Shown here: positions 46,586 through 55,314 of the stretch, in pieces
How positions within the stretch are numbered: the first letter of the stretch is position 1
Layout: each line of letters starts with the position of its first letter
From: Deltaproteobacteria bacterium
GTDB lineage: Bacteria; Desulfobacterota; Syntrophia; Syntrophales; UBA5619
NCBI GenBank assembly: GCA_021817825.1
Contig: JAKAFS010000005.1
Coordinates: forward strand, 2,679-66,678
DNA length: 64,000 bases
Direction of reading: 5' to 3'
The notes under the pieces: generated by a model
Told to the model about the DNA's origin: nothing
Databases searched by the model: none
Seen by the model: only the letters and a program-made list of their open reading frames with translations
Program-made: the position numbers and the translations under genes

Positions 46586-47074
46586 ATGCCGAAACCGGGT
46601 AAACTTCCCCTGACCGCAGCCATCGCTGGCGCCCTTTTGGCGGTGGGGATCGCCACGGGGACCCTGCTGCCCACCTTCTTTCCCCTTGCTTCCGAGCGGG
46701 ACGGATCGATCGACTGCGACTTTGAAAAAAGTCCCTGTACGAGGGTCCTCGCCGAGGCCGGCATGACCGCCACGCTCGCGATCACGCCCCAACCCGTGGA
46801 GACGATGAAGGACCTCTCCCTGCGTATCGTTCTTAGCGCCGCCGCCGCTCCGATCACCGATGCCGAAGTGACCCTCGGCTTTTCGATGCCGGGGATGACC
46901 ATGGCCCCGAATGTCGTGCCGCTCGTTCACCAGGGAGGGGGCGTGTATCGCGGGAAGGGCGTCCTCGTGAAGTGTCGCGGCGGGAAGCGCTGGCAGGCGG
47001 ATCTCCGGGTGAGGCGCGCTTCGGTGCTGGAAAAGCCGCCGGCCCGGGCCTCTTTTACCTTCAAGGTGCAGTAG
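46586..47074 (+). CDS. FixH/CcoH-like protein
   Basis: N-terminal TM anchor plus a beta-rich domain of about 120 aa. The gene lies between oxidase genes and ccoI. Confidence 0.65.
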   Translation: MPKPGKLPLTAAIAGALLAVGIATGTLLPTFFPLASERDGSIDCDFEKSPCTRVLAEAGMTATLAITPQPVETMKDLSLRIVLSAAAAPITDAEVTLGFSMPGMTMAPNVVPLVHQGGGVYRGKGVLVKCRGGKRWQADLRVRRASVLEKPPARASFTFKVQ

Positions 47075-47742
47075 TGGATACGGTGCTTTTTTTGGCCTTC
47101 ACGACGGGGCTCCTCGGCGGTTTCGGTCACTGCGTCGGCATGTGCGGCCCCATCGCCGCCGCCTATGTCCTTCCCGCCGGACAGGCGGGGCGACGATTCG
47201 GCGTCCTGGCGCCACAGCTCATCTACAGCGCCGGACGGCTTACGACTTACGTCCTGATCGGCGCCCTCATGGGCTGGACGGGGACCTTCGTCGCCACGGC
47301 GGGCCGGTTGGCGGGGATTCAAAACCTGGTGGCCCTCCTGGCCGGTCTGTTCATGATCGCCTCCGGGCTCGGCATCGCGGGCCTGCTGAAAATGCCGAAC
47401 CTCGCGGGAAACGGGATGGGCGGTCTCTGGCGAATGGCCCGGCGCCTCATCGTTGCGGAGTCGGTCTGGAAGTACTACCCTCTCGGACTCCTGCTGGGGT
47501 TCATGCCCTGCGGCCTCTCCTACAGCCTCTATCTTGCCGCCGCCGGATCGGGAAGCCCCCTTGCGGGGATGGCCACGATGGTCAGCTTCGGCCTCGGGAC
47601 TCTGCCGGCGCTGCTGCTCTTCGCTTCGCTGGTCGCTTTTCTCGGCAACCGCAGTAAAGAGCGCCTCTACAGGGCGGGCGGCATCGCCGTCGCCCTGCTG
47701 GGGGTTCTTTTTCTCCTCCGGGGGCTGGGACTCTATGGCTAA
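47074..47742 (+). CDS. DsbD_2 / TauE-like membrane protein commonly linked to ccoI
   Basis: GTG start overlaps the FixH stop. It has the GGFGHCVGMCGP motif and about six TM helices. Confidence 0.7.
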   Translation: MDTVLFLAFTTGLLGGFGHCVGMCGPIAAAYVLPAGQAGRRFGVLAPQLIYSAGRLTTYVLIGALMGWTGTFVATAGRLAGIQNLVALLAGLFMIASGLGIAGLLKMPNLAGNGMGGLWRMARRLIVAESVWKYYPLGLLLGFMPCGLSYSLYLAAAGSGSPLAGMATMVSFGLGTLPALLLFASLVAFLGNRSKERLYRAGGIAVALLGVLFLLRGLGLYG

Positions 47743-50266
47743 TTGCGACCATTGTCTCCGCGTCTTTCCCGACCGGGAGGCGGTTTACGACGAATTGGCG
47801 GGCCGGACGCGGGTCTTCTGCTGCACCGGCTGCCGGGGCATCTACCGGTTGATTCATGGGGAAGGCCTCACCCGGTTCTATGAACGCCGGAACTGGCGGG
47901 AGGCCGGCCCGGCTTTCGATAACGGCGGTGCGGTCGATCCGGCCCTCTTTACCGAACGAATCCGGCAAGAAGACGGCAAAAAGGAAATCGATCTGATGAT
48001 CGAAGGCATCCGCTGCGCCTCCTGCGTCTGGCTCAACGAAAAGTTTCTGGAAAGACTGGCGGGGGTCGACCGGGTCCGGGTCAATTACATTACCCGCCGG
48101 GCCTATATCCGGTGGGATCCCGACCGGGTGGACCTCGCGGGGATCCTCGCCCGGATCGCCTCCCTCGGTTATCGTCCCCAGCCCTGGTCGGAGTCGGATC
48201 AGTTCCGCCGCCGACGCCGGGAAACACGGGAGCTGCTCTTTCGGTTCGGGACGGCGGGATTCTTTTCCGCCCAGCTGATGATGATCAGCCTCGCCCTGTA
48301 CGCCGGTTATTTCCAGGGAATCGAGGGGGAGACCAAATGGCTCCTCGAAACGTTTTCCCTGCTTCTGACCCTGCCGATCTTCTTCTATGCGGGCCGTCCC
48401 CTGCTGGCAGGCGCCGTCGCCGGCCTGCGGCAATGGCGGTTCACGATGGACTCCCTGGTCGTCATCGGCGCCGGATCGGCCTTCGTCTACAGCGTCTATT
48501 CGCTCTTCCGGGGCGGAGAGGTCTATTTCGACACGGCGGCCATGATCGTTACCCTCGTTCTCCTCGGTCGGCTCATCGAAGCGTCGGCCCGAAGCAAGGC
48601 CTCCGATACGGTCGAGCGGCTGGCGGGCCTCTGTCCCCGGGAGGCACGACTCGTCGATGACGAGGGAAAAAGACGGAAAGTGGCTGTGGAAGCGCTCCAG
48701 CCGGGCGATCTCGTGGAGGTGGTTCCCGGGGAGCGGATTCCCCTGGACGGCATCGTCCGGAGCGGCGCTTCCGAGGCCGACGAATCCCTCGTTACCGGGG
48801 AGGCCCGGCCCGTTCCCAAACGGGCCGGTGCGACCGTGATCGGGGGCAGCATGAACCTCTACGGCGCCTTTGTCTTTGAAGTGACCCGGACGGGCGCAGA
48901 GACGCTGCTGTCGGGCATCATCCGGGCCGTCGAAGAGGCCCAGGCGAGCCGCCCGCGCATCCAGACGACGGCCAACCGGGTCGCCGGGATCTTCGTTCCG
49001 GCCATGGTGGCTTCGGCCGGCGCGGCCCTGCTTTTTCATCTCTTCCGAGGCTTGCCGGTCGGCCAGGCCCTGATGAGCGGGATCTCCGTCCTGGTGATCG
49101 CCTGCCCCTGCAGCCTGGGTCTCGCAACCCCGCTGGCGCTGCTGATGTTCACCTCCCGGGCCTCGGCCAGGGGACTCCTGATCCTACAGGGGGACCTCGT
49201 GGAGAGGGCCGGCAAAACCGACCATGTCGTCTTCGACAAGACGGGGACCCTCACCCTCGGCCGGCCTTGCCTGCGCGAGGTGATCGTGCTGGATCCCCGG
49301 CTTGGCCGGGAGGAGGCGATTGTCTGGGCCGGCGCCCTGGAAGGGCTTTCGGAGCACAGCATCGGCCGGGCCTTGGCCGCGGCCGCCAAAGAACTCCCGG
49401 CCCCCGGCGCTCCCCTCGCCGTCTCCGGATTCCAGGCGTCTCCGGGCCGCGGCGTCGCGGGGTGGGTTGCCGGAAAGCGGGTCGTGATCGGCAATCCCGA
49501 TTGGCTTTCCGAAAACGGCATCCCCGCCTGGGAGGATCGCGCCGTTTCGGTCCAGGCGGAAACCTATGCCCGGGAAGGCGACACGGTCGTCTATCTGGCC
49601 CGGGAAGGGCGGTTGCGGGCGCTCCTGGCGATTTCCGACCCGCTCCGGCCGGAAGCGGCCGCCGTTGTCGGCGAACTACAGGCGCTGAGCTGTACCGTCT
49701 CGCTCGTGAGCGGGGACCAGCGAACCACCACCGACGCCATTGCCCGGCGGGCCGGAATCGCCGATGCCGTTTCCGGGGCTCTGCCCTCGGAGAAACGGGC
49801 GCGGCTCGCAAGAATGCAGGCCGCCGGCGCCAGGGTCATGATGGTCGGCGACGGGATCAACGATGCGCCTTCCCTGGTCCAGGCGGAGACGGGGGTGGCC
49901 ATGGGCCGCGGGAGCGATATTGCCCTTTCGAGCGCCGATGCGGTCCTCGTGCGCAATGATCTTTCGCTCGTTCCCTACGCCATCCGGCTGTCCCGGGAAA
50001 CCTTTGCCATCATCCGGCAGAACATCTTCTGGGCTTTTTTTTACAATGTCATTGCGATCCCTCTCGCCTTTGCCGGGATCCTGCATCCCATCGTCGCCGC
50101 CGGGGCGATGGCCGCCAGTTCCCTTTTTGTCGTAGTCAATTCGCTGCGGATCGGCCGCAGAGAAGCGCCGGGGCCATCGGGCGACCGCCCGCTTGAGCGC
50201 GGAGATGTAGGGAATTGCCAACTACGTGGGCAGCAAACTGTAGGGAAAAATCATCCAGTATTTTGA
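47735..50266 (+). CDS. ccoI: Copper-translocating P1B-type ATPase, CcoI/FixI-like
   Basis: N-terminal Cys-rich ATPase metal-binding domain (CDHC...CCTGC). HMA-like CASC, TM CPC motif (ACPCSLGLATP), DKTGTLT, and GDGINDAP. ATG at 47735 overlaps the upstream stop. Confidence 0.9.
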   Translation: MANCDHCLRVFPDREAVYDELAGRTRVFCCTGCRGIYRLIHGEGLTRFYERRNWREAGPAFDNGGAVDPALFTERIRQEDGKKEIDLMIEGIRCASCVWLNEKFLERLAGVDRVRVNYITRRAYIRWDPDRVDLAGILARIASLGYRPQPWSESDQFRRRRRETRELLFRFGTAGFFSAQLMMISLALYAGYFQGIEGETKWLLETFSLLLTLPIFFYAGRPLLAGAVAGLRQWRFTMDSLVVIGAGSAFVYSVYSLFRGGEVYFDTAAMIVTLVLLGRLIEASARSKASDTVERLAGLCPREARLVDDEGKRRKVAVEALQPGDLVEVVPGERIPLDGIVRSGASEADESLVTGEARPVPKRAGATVIGGSMNLYGAFVFEVTRTGAETLLSGIIRAVEEAQASRPRIQTTANRVAGIFVPAMVASAGAALLFHLFRGLPVGQALMSGISVLVIACPCSLGLATPLALLMFTSRASARGLLILQGDLVERAGKTDHVVFDKTGTLTLGRPCLREVIVLDPRLGREEAIVWAGALEGLSEHSIGRALAAAAKELPAPGAPLAVSGFQASPGRGVAGWVAGKRVVIGNPDWLSENGIPAWEDRAVSVQAETYAREGDTVVYLAREGRLRALLAISDPLRPEAAAVVGELQALSCTVSLVSGDQRTTTDAIARRAGIADAVSGALPSEKRARLARMQAAGARVMMVGDGINDAPSLVQAETGVAMGRGSDIALSSADAVLVRNDLSLVPYAIRLSRETFAIIRQNIFWAFFYNVIAIPLAFAGILHPIVAAGAMAASSLFVVVNSLRIGRREAPGPSGDRPLERGDVGNCQLRGQQTVGKNHPVF

Positions 50267-50329
50267 TGCAAAAAAATGATTTTTAAAAATAGTGATGGAA
50301 TATCAAGTCATTGACGCGTTGATCCCCGC

Positions 50330-50345
50330 TGGCATGGCCTGTGCT
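50330..50345 (+). promoter_or_regulatory. Candidate sigma-54 promoter (TGGCATG-N4-GTGCT)
   Basis: GG and GC are separated by the canonical 10 nt. The site is 55 nt upstream of the response-regulator ATG at 50400. A sigma-54 activator gene lies in the same cluster. Confidence 0.4.
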
Positions 50346-50399
50346 ATGTAAAAAGCCAAAGCAACGCCACAGTCGTGATAGATGATAAAGGAGCACACT

Positions 50400-50795
50400 A
50401 TGATGAAAGTATTGGTAGTAGACGACAATCGGTTATTGGCCTCTACCATCCAGGAAATATTGGAAGACGATGGACTTGAGGTCCGGTCCGCAAAAGACGG
50501 GGTCGATGGATATTCCGCCTATCTCCTCTTCAAACCGGATATCGTCATTACCGATATCCAGATGCCGAGGGAAAACGGCCTGGAGATGATGGGGCATATC
50601 CGCGCCCATGATCCGATGATCAAGACCATCTATATGAGCGGCGATATCGATCCCTACCGCCCCCTCCTCAAGGAGGAGAAACGGAAATATCCGGTCAGCT
50701 TTTTTGAAAAGCCTTTTCCCCTGGAGTCACTGAAACAGGTGGTGTTGGAGCCGGCCACGGGTTCGGCGTCGACCGGCGCCGCCCTCATGCAATGA
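50400..50795 (+). CDS. Single-domain response regulator (receiver)
   Basis: KVLVVDDN, DIVITDIQMPRENG, KPF. AAGGAG RBS 6 nt upstream. Confidence 0.85.
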   Translation: MMKVLVVDDNRLLASTIQEILEDDGLEVRSAKDGVDGYSAYLLFKPDIVITDIQMPRENGLEMMGHIRAHDPMIKTIYMSGDIDPYRPLLKEEKRKYPVSFFEKPFPLESLKQVVLEPATGSASTGAALMQ

Positions 50796-50807
50796 AAGAA
50801 AGCCTAT

Positions 50808-51038
50808 ATGCCGACCGAGGCGACGTTTTGCCGGCACGGGGGCGGGCAGGACGCAGAGGATCAAACCTGCGCCAGGGCGCATTTACTGGGGCGATTCCGC
50901 TACTTCATTGAGCATTCCGACTGGGACGAAGTGATCCTCGCCCGCAAGAAGCCGGTAGACGTTCTGTGCAGTGCGGTGCTCCTCGCGGCGGCCCTTTATT
51001 TCCTTCCCCTTGCCTCGGCCATCCTCTGGCTGCGCTAG
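50808..51038 (+). CDS. Hypothetical small protein with C-terminal TM helix (uncertain)
   Basis: Support is only ORF length and moderately coding-like codon usage. I see no clear RBS. Confidence 0.3.
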   Translation: MPTEATFCRHGGGQDAEDQTCARAHLLGRFRYFIEHSDWDEVILARKKPVDVLCSAVLLAAALYFLPLASAILWLR

Positions 51039-51356
51039 ACAAGGGATGCTTTGGGGCGCCGGTCTTTGTCCGGACCTCCGCAGGGGCCGGCAGCGCCTTT
51101 TCGTCGATGGCTCCGCTGATCGTCCTTTCCTGACGGAGAGTCTCCTGCCTCGAATCCGTCTCCCTACCTCCTTCCATTTTGCAACCCATCACCCTGAACG
51201 GGCAATGAAACGGCAGCTGAGCCCTTTCGCGACATGACGACTTTCCCCGCCGCGGTGGCAAAAGGACTCCGGACCGGGCAGGCGACGGACAAAAATCCCG
51301 TTGCACTTCCCTGAGATGTGATACTATTGGCCCTGTCGTAACCCAATTTATCAAGG

Positions 51357-52796
51357 ATGATCATGAAATTCGGAATCTTTTCCCGATCGACCGCCGGATA
51401 TTTAATGGTCCTGTTTCTCCTGGGCGGCTCGAACGTTTACGCGATATTGAAACTGGCCCAGTTCAACACGGTCATCCTCAAAAGCCATATCGAAGACAAC
51501 CGCCTCATCGATACGGAAAAAAAGCTGGTCGATTCCCTTTTTTCCCAGCGGCGGTACGAGCAAAAGTATCTGCTCACCGCCGATGCGGCGCTCTTTGGCC
51601 AGTACCTTGCCGCAAAAGAGGACTTTGAACGGCTGTTGGCCGGCATAAGCGCCTTTTCGGATTTGCCCGCCTATAGGGACTCTCTCCAAAGGCTCAGGAC
51701 CGGTCATCAGCGGTATCGATCCCTGGTGGATGCCGAGGTGAAGCTGCTGAAGGAAAACCAGCGCTACGACAGGGGATGGTATAATAAGGAAAAGGAGCAG
51801 GCGTCGGATGCCATTCTGGCGGAGTTGAAAAGGCTGGAAGAGGCCTCCCGTGAGGATTTTTACCGCAAAACGGAAGCGGTCAGCGAAGCCGGGGCGGCCG
51901 CCCGGAGAATGGCCGTCATTTCCTTTCTGATGACCGGCCTGCTGGCGATCCTGCTTTCCCTGCTCATTACCCGGAGCATTACGAAACCGCTGGTGGCGTT
52001 GGTGAAGAAGACCCGGGAAATTTCGACCGGCGTCTTCCAGTGCGATCTCAAAGTTTCCGCTCCTCCCGAAATCGTCGAACTTTCGGAGGCCTTCACGATG
52101 ATGTGCGATCGGCTGAAGGCGGTGGACCGGCTGAAGGCGGATTTTTTTGCCATGATCTCCCATGAACTGAAAACGCCGTTGACCACGATCAAGGAAGGAA
52201 CGAGCCTCCTGCTGGAGGGCGTTGGCGGAACGATTACCGAAAAGCAGGATAAACTGTTGACCATCATCGCGACCGAGAGCGAACGGTTGACCAAGCTGGT
52301 CAATTCGATCTTGAATCTGTCGAGGATGGAAGCGGGGATGATGAACTATACCTTCGAGGAAAAAGCAATCGGGCCCCTTATCGAACAGGTGGTCAGAGAG
52401 ATCGCTCCTTATGCGGAGGCCAAAGGGATTCAGATCGTCAGGCAAGCGGGCGCGGAGATCCCTTTCTTTCGGATGGACGGCGAACGGATTCTCGATGTGT
52501 TGCGCAACCTGGTGGGAAATGCGATCAAATTCACTCCCGAAGGCGGTCGGGTGACGATTGCCGAAAAGCGGCAGGAAGACGGCGGGCTGAACGTTTCCGT
52601 CAGCGATTCCGGTCCCGGCATTGCTCCGGAAAGGCGAAAGACCATCTTCGAGAAGTACGAAAGCTCGGATCAAAAGAAAGGGACGGGGTTGGGATTGGCG
52701 ATTGTCCAACATATCGTGACGGCGCATGGAGGAAAGATATGGGTGGAAAGCAAACCGGGAGAGGGAAGCCGCTTCATCTTTGTCTTGCCCTCTTGA
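51357..52796 (+). CDS. Sensor histidine kinase (TM-sensor-HAMP-HisKA-HATPase)
   Basis: H-box FFAMISHELKTPLT, N box NLVGNAIKFT, and G boxes DSGPGI / GTGLGLAI. Confidence 0.9.
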   Translation: MIMKFGIFSRSTAGYLMVLFLLGGSNVYAILKLAQFNTVILKSHIEDNRLIDTEKKLVDSLFSQRRYEQKYLLTADAALFGQYLAAKEDFERLLAGISAFSDLPAYRDSLQRLRTGHQRYRSLVDAEVKLLKENQRYDRGWYNKEKEQASDAILAELKRLEEASREDFYRKTEAVSEAGAAARRMAVISFLMTGLLAILLSLLITRSITKPLVALVKKTREISTGVFQCDLKVSAPPEIVELSEAFTMMCDRLKAVDRLKADFFAMISHELKTPLTTIKEGTSLLLEGVGGTITEKQDKLLTIIATESERLTKLVNSILNLSRMEAGMMNYTFEEKAIGPLIEQVVREIAPYAEAKGIQIVRQAGAEIPFFRMDGERILDVLRNLVGNAIKFTPEGGRVTIAEKRQEDGGLNVSVSDSGPGIAPERRKTIFEKYESSDQKKGTGLGLAIVQHIVTAHGGKIWVESKPGEGSRFIFVLPS

Positions 52797-53242
52797 TTTT
52801 TCTCGGCCTCTCGGCTTGTGCGCTCAACCGCATGGGGCCGACCATGGTGGATGCCACCGGGGACGAGGCGCGGGCGCATCTGGCAAAGGGCCGGGAACTC
52901 CTTGCCCGAGGGGACTACGGGAATGCCCTGAAGGAAAACGAAAAGGCGTTGTCGCTGGCCGGCCGGAACGTTCCGGTCGATGAAGCCCTCTTCTATATGG
53001 CATTGATTCACAGCCTGCCGATGAATCCGGCGAAAAACCAGGGGAAGGCCCTTGTGACTTTCCGGCGCTTGATCAAGGAATATCCGAAAAGTCCCCTGCT
53101 CGAACCGGCGAAGGCCATGGTGGAGCTGCTCCAGGAAAATGACAGCCTCGGCCAGAAGGTGGACAGATTGAACAATATCATCGACGAGCTGAAAAAGGTG
53201 GACCTCGACGTCGACCGGAAAAAGCGCGAACAGATCAAATAG
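52739..53242 (+). CDS. Lipoprotein with TPR-like helical domain
   Basis: Lipobox LGLSAC. Helical repeats (HLAKGRELLARGDYGNALKENEKAL) and a C-terminal coiled coil. It overlaps the kinase 3' end by 58 nt. Confidence 0.55.
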   Translation: MGGKQTGRGKPLHLCLALLIFLGLSACALNRMGPTMVDATGDEARAHLAKGRELLARGDYGNALKENEKALSLAGRNVPVDEALFYMALIHSLPMNPAKNQGKALVTFRRLIKEYPKSPLLEPAKAMVELLQENDSLGQKVDRLNNIIDELKKVDLDVDRKKREQIK

Positions 53243-53251
53243 GAGGATGGC

Positions 53252-54619
53252 ATGGCTTCTGGAAGGATATTGATCGTCGATGACGATCGCAGCCTCATCG
53301 AGGTGCTGAAGGTGCGGGTCGAATCGGCGGGTTATGAGGTGACGACGGCGCTGAAGGAGGAAACGGCCCTGGCGGCAGCCAAGGAGCAGGTCTTTGATCT
53401 GGCGATCATCGACCTGCAACTGGATGGGACCAACGGGATCGAACTCATGCAAAAAATCCATCTCCTCATTCCCGAACTGCCCGTCATCATCCTGACCGCC
53501 CATGGTTCCATTGAAAGCGCCGTGGAGGCCATGAAACAGGGGGCCTACAGCTATGTCACGAAACCCTTCAATGCCCGGGACCTGCTTCTCCAGGTCGAGA
53601 AGGCCCTGGAGAACCGGGTGCTCAAGAACGAAATTCGGCGGCTGAAGACCTTTCTGGAAGAGGAATACGATTTCGGAAACATGGTCGCCCGGAGCGAGAA
53701 GATGAAATCGGTGCTGGAGATCGTCACCCGCATCGCCGACAACGACTCGACGGTCTACATTCAGGGGGAGAGCGGCACCGGCAAGGAACTGATCGCCAAG
53801 GCGATTCATATGGCGAGCCAGCGGAAGGACAAGCCCTTTATCGCCCTGAATTGCGCCGCCATTCCCGAGACCCTGCTGGAAAGCAAACTCTTTGGTCACG
53901 AGCGAGGCGCCTTTACGGGAGCGACGCAAAGCACGCGGGGGTCCTTTACCCAGGCCCATATGGGCACCATTTTTCTCGATGAAATCGGCGACATGTCCCT
54001 GACCATCCAGGCCAAGGTGCTCAGGGTGCTCCAGGAACGCCAGTTTTATCCCGTAGGAAGCGAAAAGTTGGTCGAAGTCGATGTCCGGGTGATCGTGGCG
54101 ACCAACAAGGATCTGGAAGAAGAGGTGAAGAAGGGACTCTTCCGGACTGACCTTTATTACCGGATCCACGTGATTCCGATCCATCTTCCCCCTCTGCGCG
54201 AAAGAAAGGAGGATATCCAGCCCCTTGTCGAGCATTTTTTGAAGAGGTTCAACCAGCATATGAAAAAGGAGGTCAAGGGGGTCACGGCCGAGGCCATGAA
54301 GAAGCTCCTGTTATACGATTGGCCGGGAAATGTACGGGAATTGGAAAATACGATCGAGTTTGCCATGGCGATGACCCAGCTGGATTACATCACCGAAGAC
54401 TATGTCCTTCAGTCCAAGACGCTCCCTGCCGATGAGACGTTAAAACCGCTAAAGGACGCCAAAAACGCCTTCGAAAGAAGTTATCTGATCGGTCTGCTGC
54501 AGATCTGCAAGGGGAACGTCAGCGAGGCCGCGGAGCTGGCGGGAAAATATCGGGCCGATTTTTACAGCCTGCTGAACAAGCACAATCTCAATGCCGCGGA
54601 TTTCCGGGGGGCCGAATAG
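53252..54619 (+). CDS. Sigma-54-dependent response regulator (NtrC family: receiver-AAA+-Fis HTH)
   Basis: Receiver domain (ILIVDDD...DLQLDG), Walker A GESGTGKE, GAFTGA loop, and a C-terminal HTH (GNVSEAAELAG). Confidence 0.92.
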   Translation: MASGRILIVDDDRSLIEVLKVRVESAGYEVTTALKEETALAAAKEQVFDLAIIDLQLDGTNGIELMQKIHLLIPELPVIILTAHGSIESAVEAMKQGAYSYVTKPFNARDLLLQVEKALENRVLKNEIRRLKTFLEEEYDFGNMVARSEKMKSVLEIVTRIADNDSTVYIQGESGTGKELIAKAIHMASQRKDKPFIALNCAAIPETLLESKLFGHERGAFTGATQSTRGSFTQAHMGTIFLDEIGDMSLTIQAKVLRVLQERQFYPVGSEKLVEVDVRVIVATNKDLEEEVKKGLFRTDLYYRIHVIPIHLPPLRERKEDIQPLVEHFLKRFNQHMKKEVKGVTAEAMKKLLLYDWPGNVRELENTIEFAMAMTQLDYITEDYVLQSKTLPADETLKPLKDAKNAFERSYLIGLLQICKGNVSEAAELAGKYRADFYSLLNKHNLNAADFRGAE

Positions 54620-54731
54620 CCCTGGTTCCTCTTCGCAAAGCGCCTTGCCCGTCGTTGCGTCTCCGCGGCGCGCCTTTTCCCGCCGTCGGGGGGAGGTCGC
54701 TTTGCCGATTCGAAGCGCCGCTAAAATCCCC

Positions 54732-54760
54732 TTGACCCCTGGGACCCCTTTTCGTATCCT
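54732..54760 (+). promoter_or_regulatory. Candidate sigma-70 promoter upstream of the Cys-rich protein gene
   Basis: TTGACC-N17-TATCCT, about 70 nt upstream of the ATG at 54829. Confidence 0.3.
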
Positions 54761-54828
54761 CAATGCAGGCGAGGGCGACTTCTTATCCATTCAACCGTTT
54801 CTTGATTGCCTCGGCAAGGAGGTGAGCA

Positions 54829-55296
54829 ATGGAAAGGTTCGATCAAAAGGGGATGATCCTCATTCCGAACCCCGTAGCGAGAACTGCGGCCGCGGCAAAG
54901 GTGCTGGTCATAAGGGAACTCTTCTGCCCGGCCGGTCATAGCCTGATCAGTCGCCGCGCCCTGTTCAACGGCTCTCCGGGGATTCTCGTCGGCGTCGGAT
55001 TCGCCGGGGAGAAGGGACTGGTCGCGCTGAGCCCGGTTTACGGGGACAAGACAAGGATCGCGCTCGATATCGATCTGCCGGCGAAGCAGATCGCCAACCT
55101 CTTCTGCCCGACCTGCGGCATCGATCTGCCCCGTTATGCCACGTGCCATTGCGGCGCCGATCTGGCGGCCCTTTTTCTGGACCGCCGCGCCAGTTTCAGC
55201 GACTGCATCGGCATCTGCAATCGGGTCGATTGCGTCAATGCCCACTTCGTCGCCCAAGGCGAACTGATTTCCGAAGCGATGCTGGCCGCGCTGTAA
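54829..55296 (+). CDS. Hypothetical Cys-rich protein (155 aa)
   Basis: AAGGAGG RBS. Multiple Cys motifs (CPAGH, CPTCG, CHCG, CIGICNRVDC). I recognise no family. Confidence 0.55.
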   Translation: MERFDQKGMILIPNPVARTAAAAKVLVIRELFCPAGHSLISRRALFNGSPGILVGVGFAGEKGLVALSPVYGDKTRIALDIDLPAKQIANLFCPTCGIDLPRYATCHCGADLAALFLDRRASFSDCIGICNRVDCVNAHFVAQGELISEAMLAAL

Positions 55297-55314
55297 CCGC
55301 CTGGGGCCAAATCC

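Noticed and set aside
51140-51175. The TCGAATCC-containing segment in the 51039-51356 gap resembles a tRNA T-arm.
   Set aside because: No acceptor-stem, D-arm or anticodon-arm complementarity could be built around it, so it is not a tRNA.
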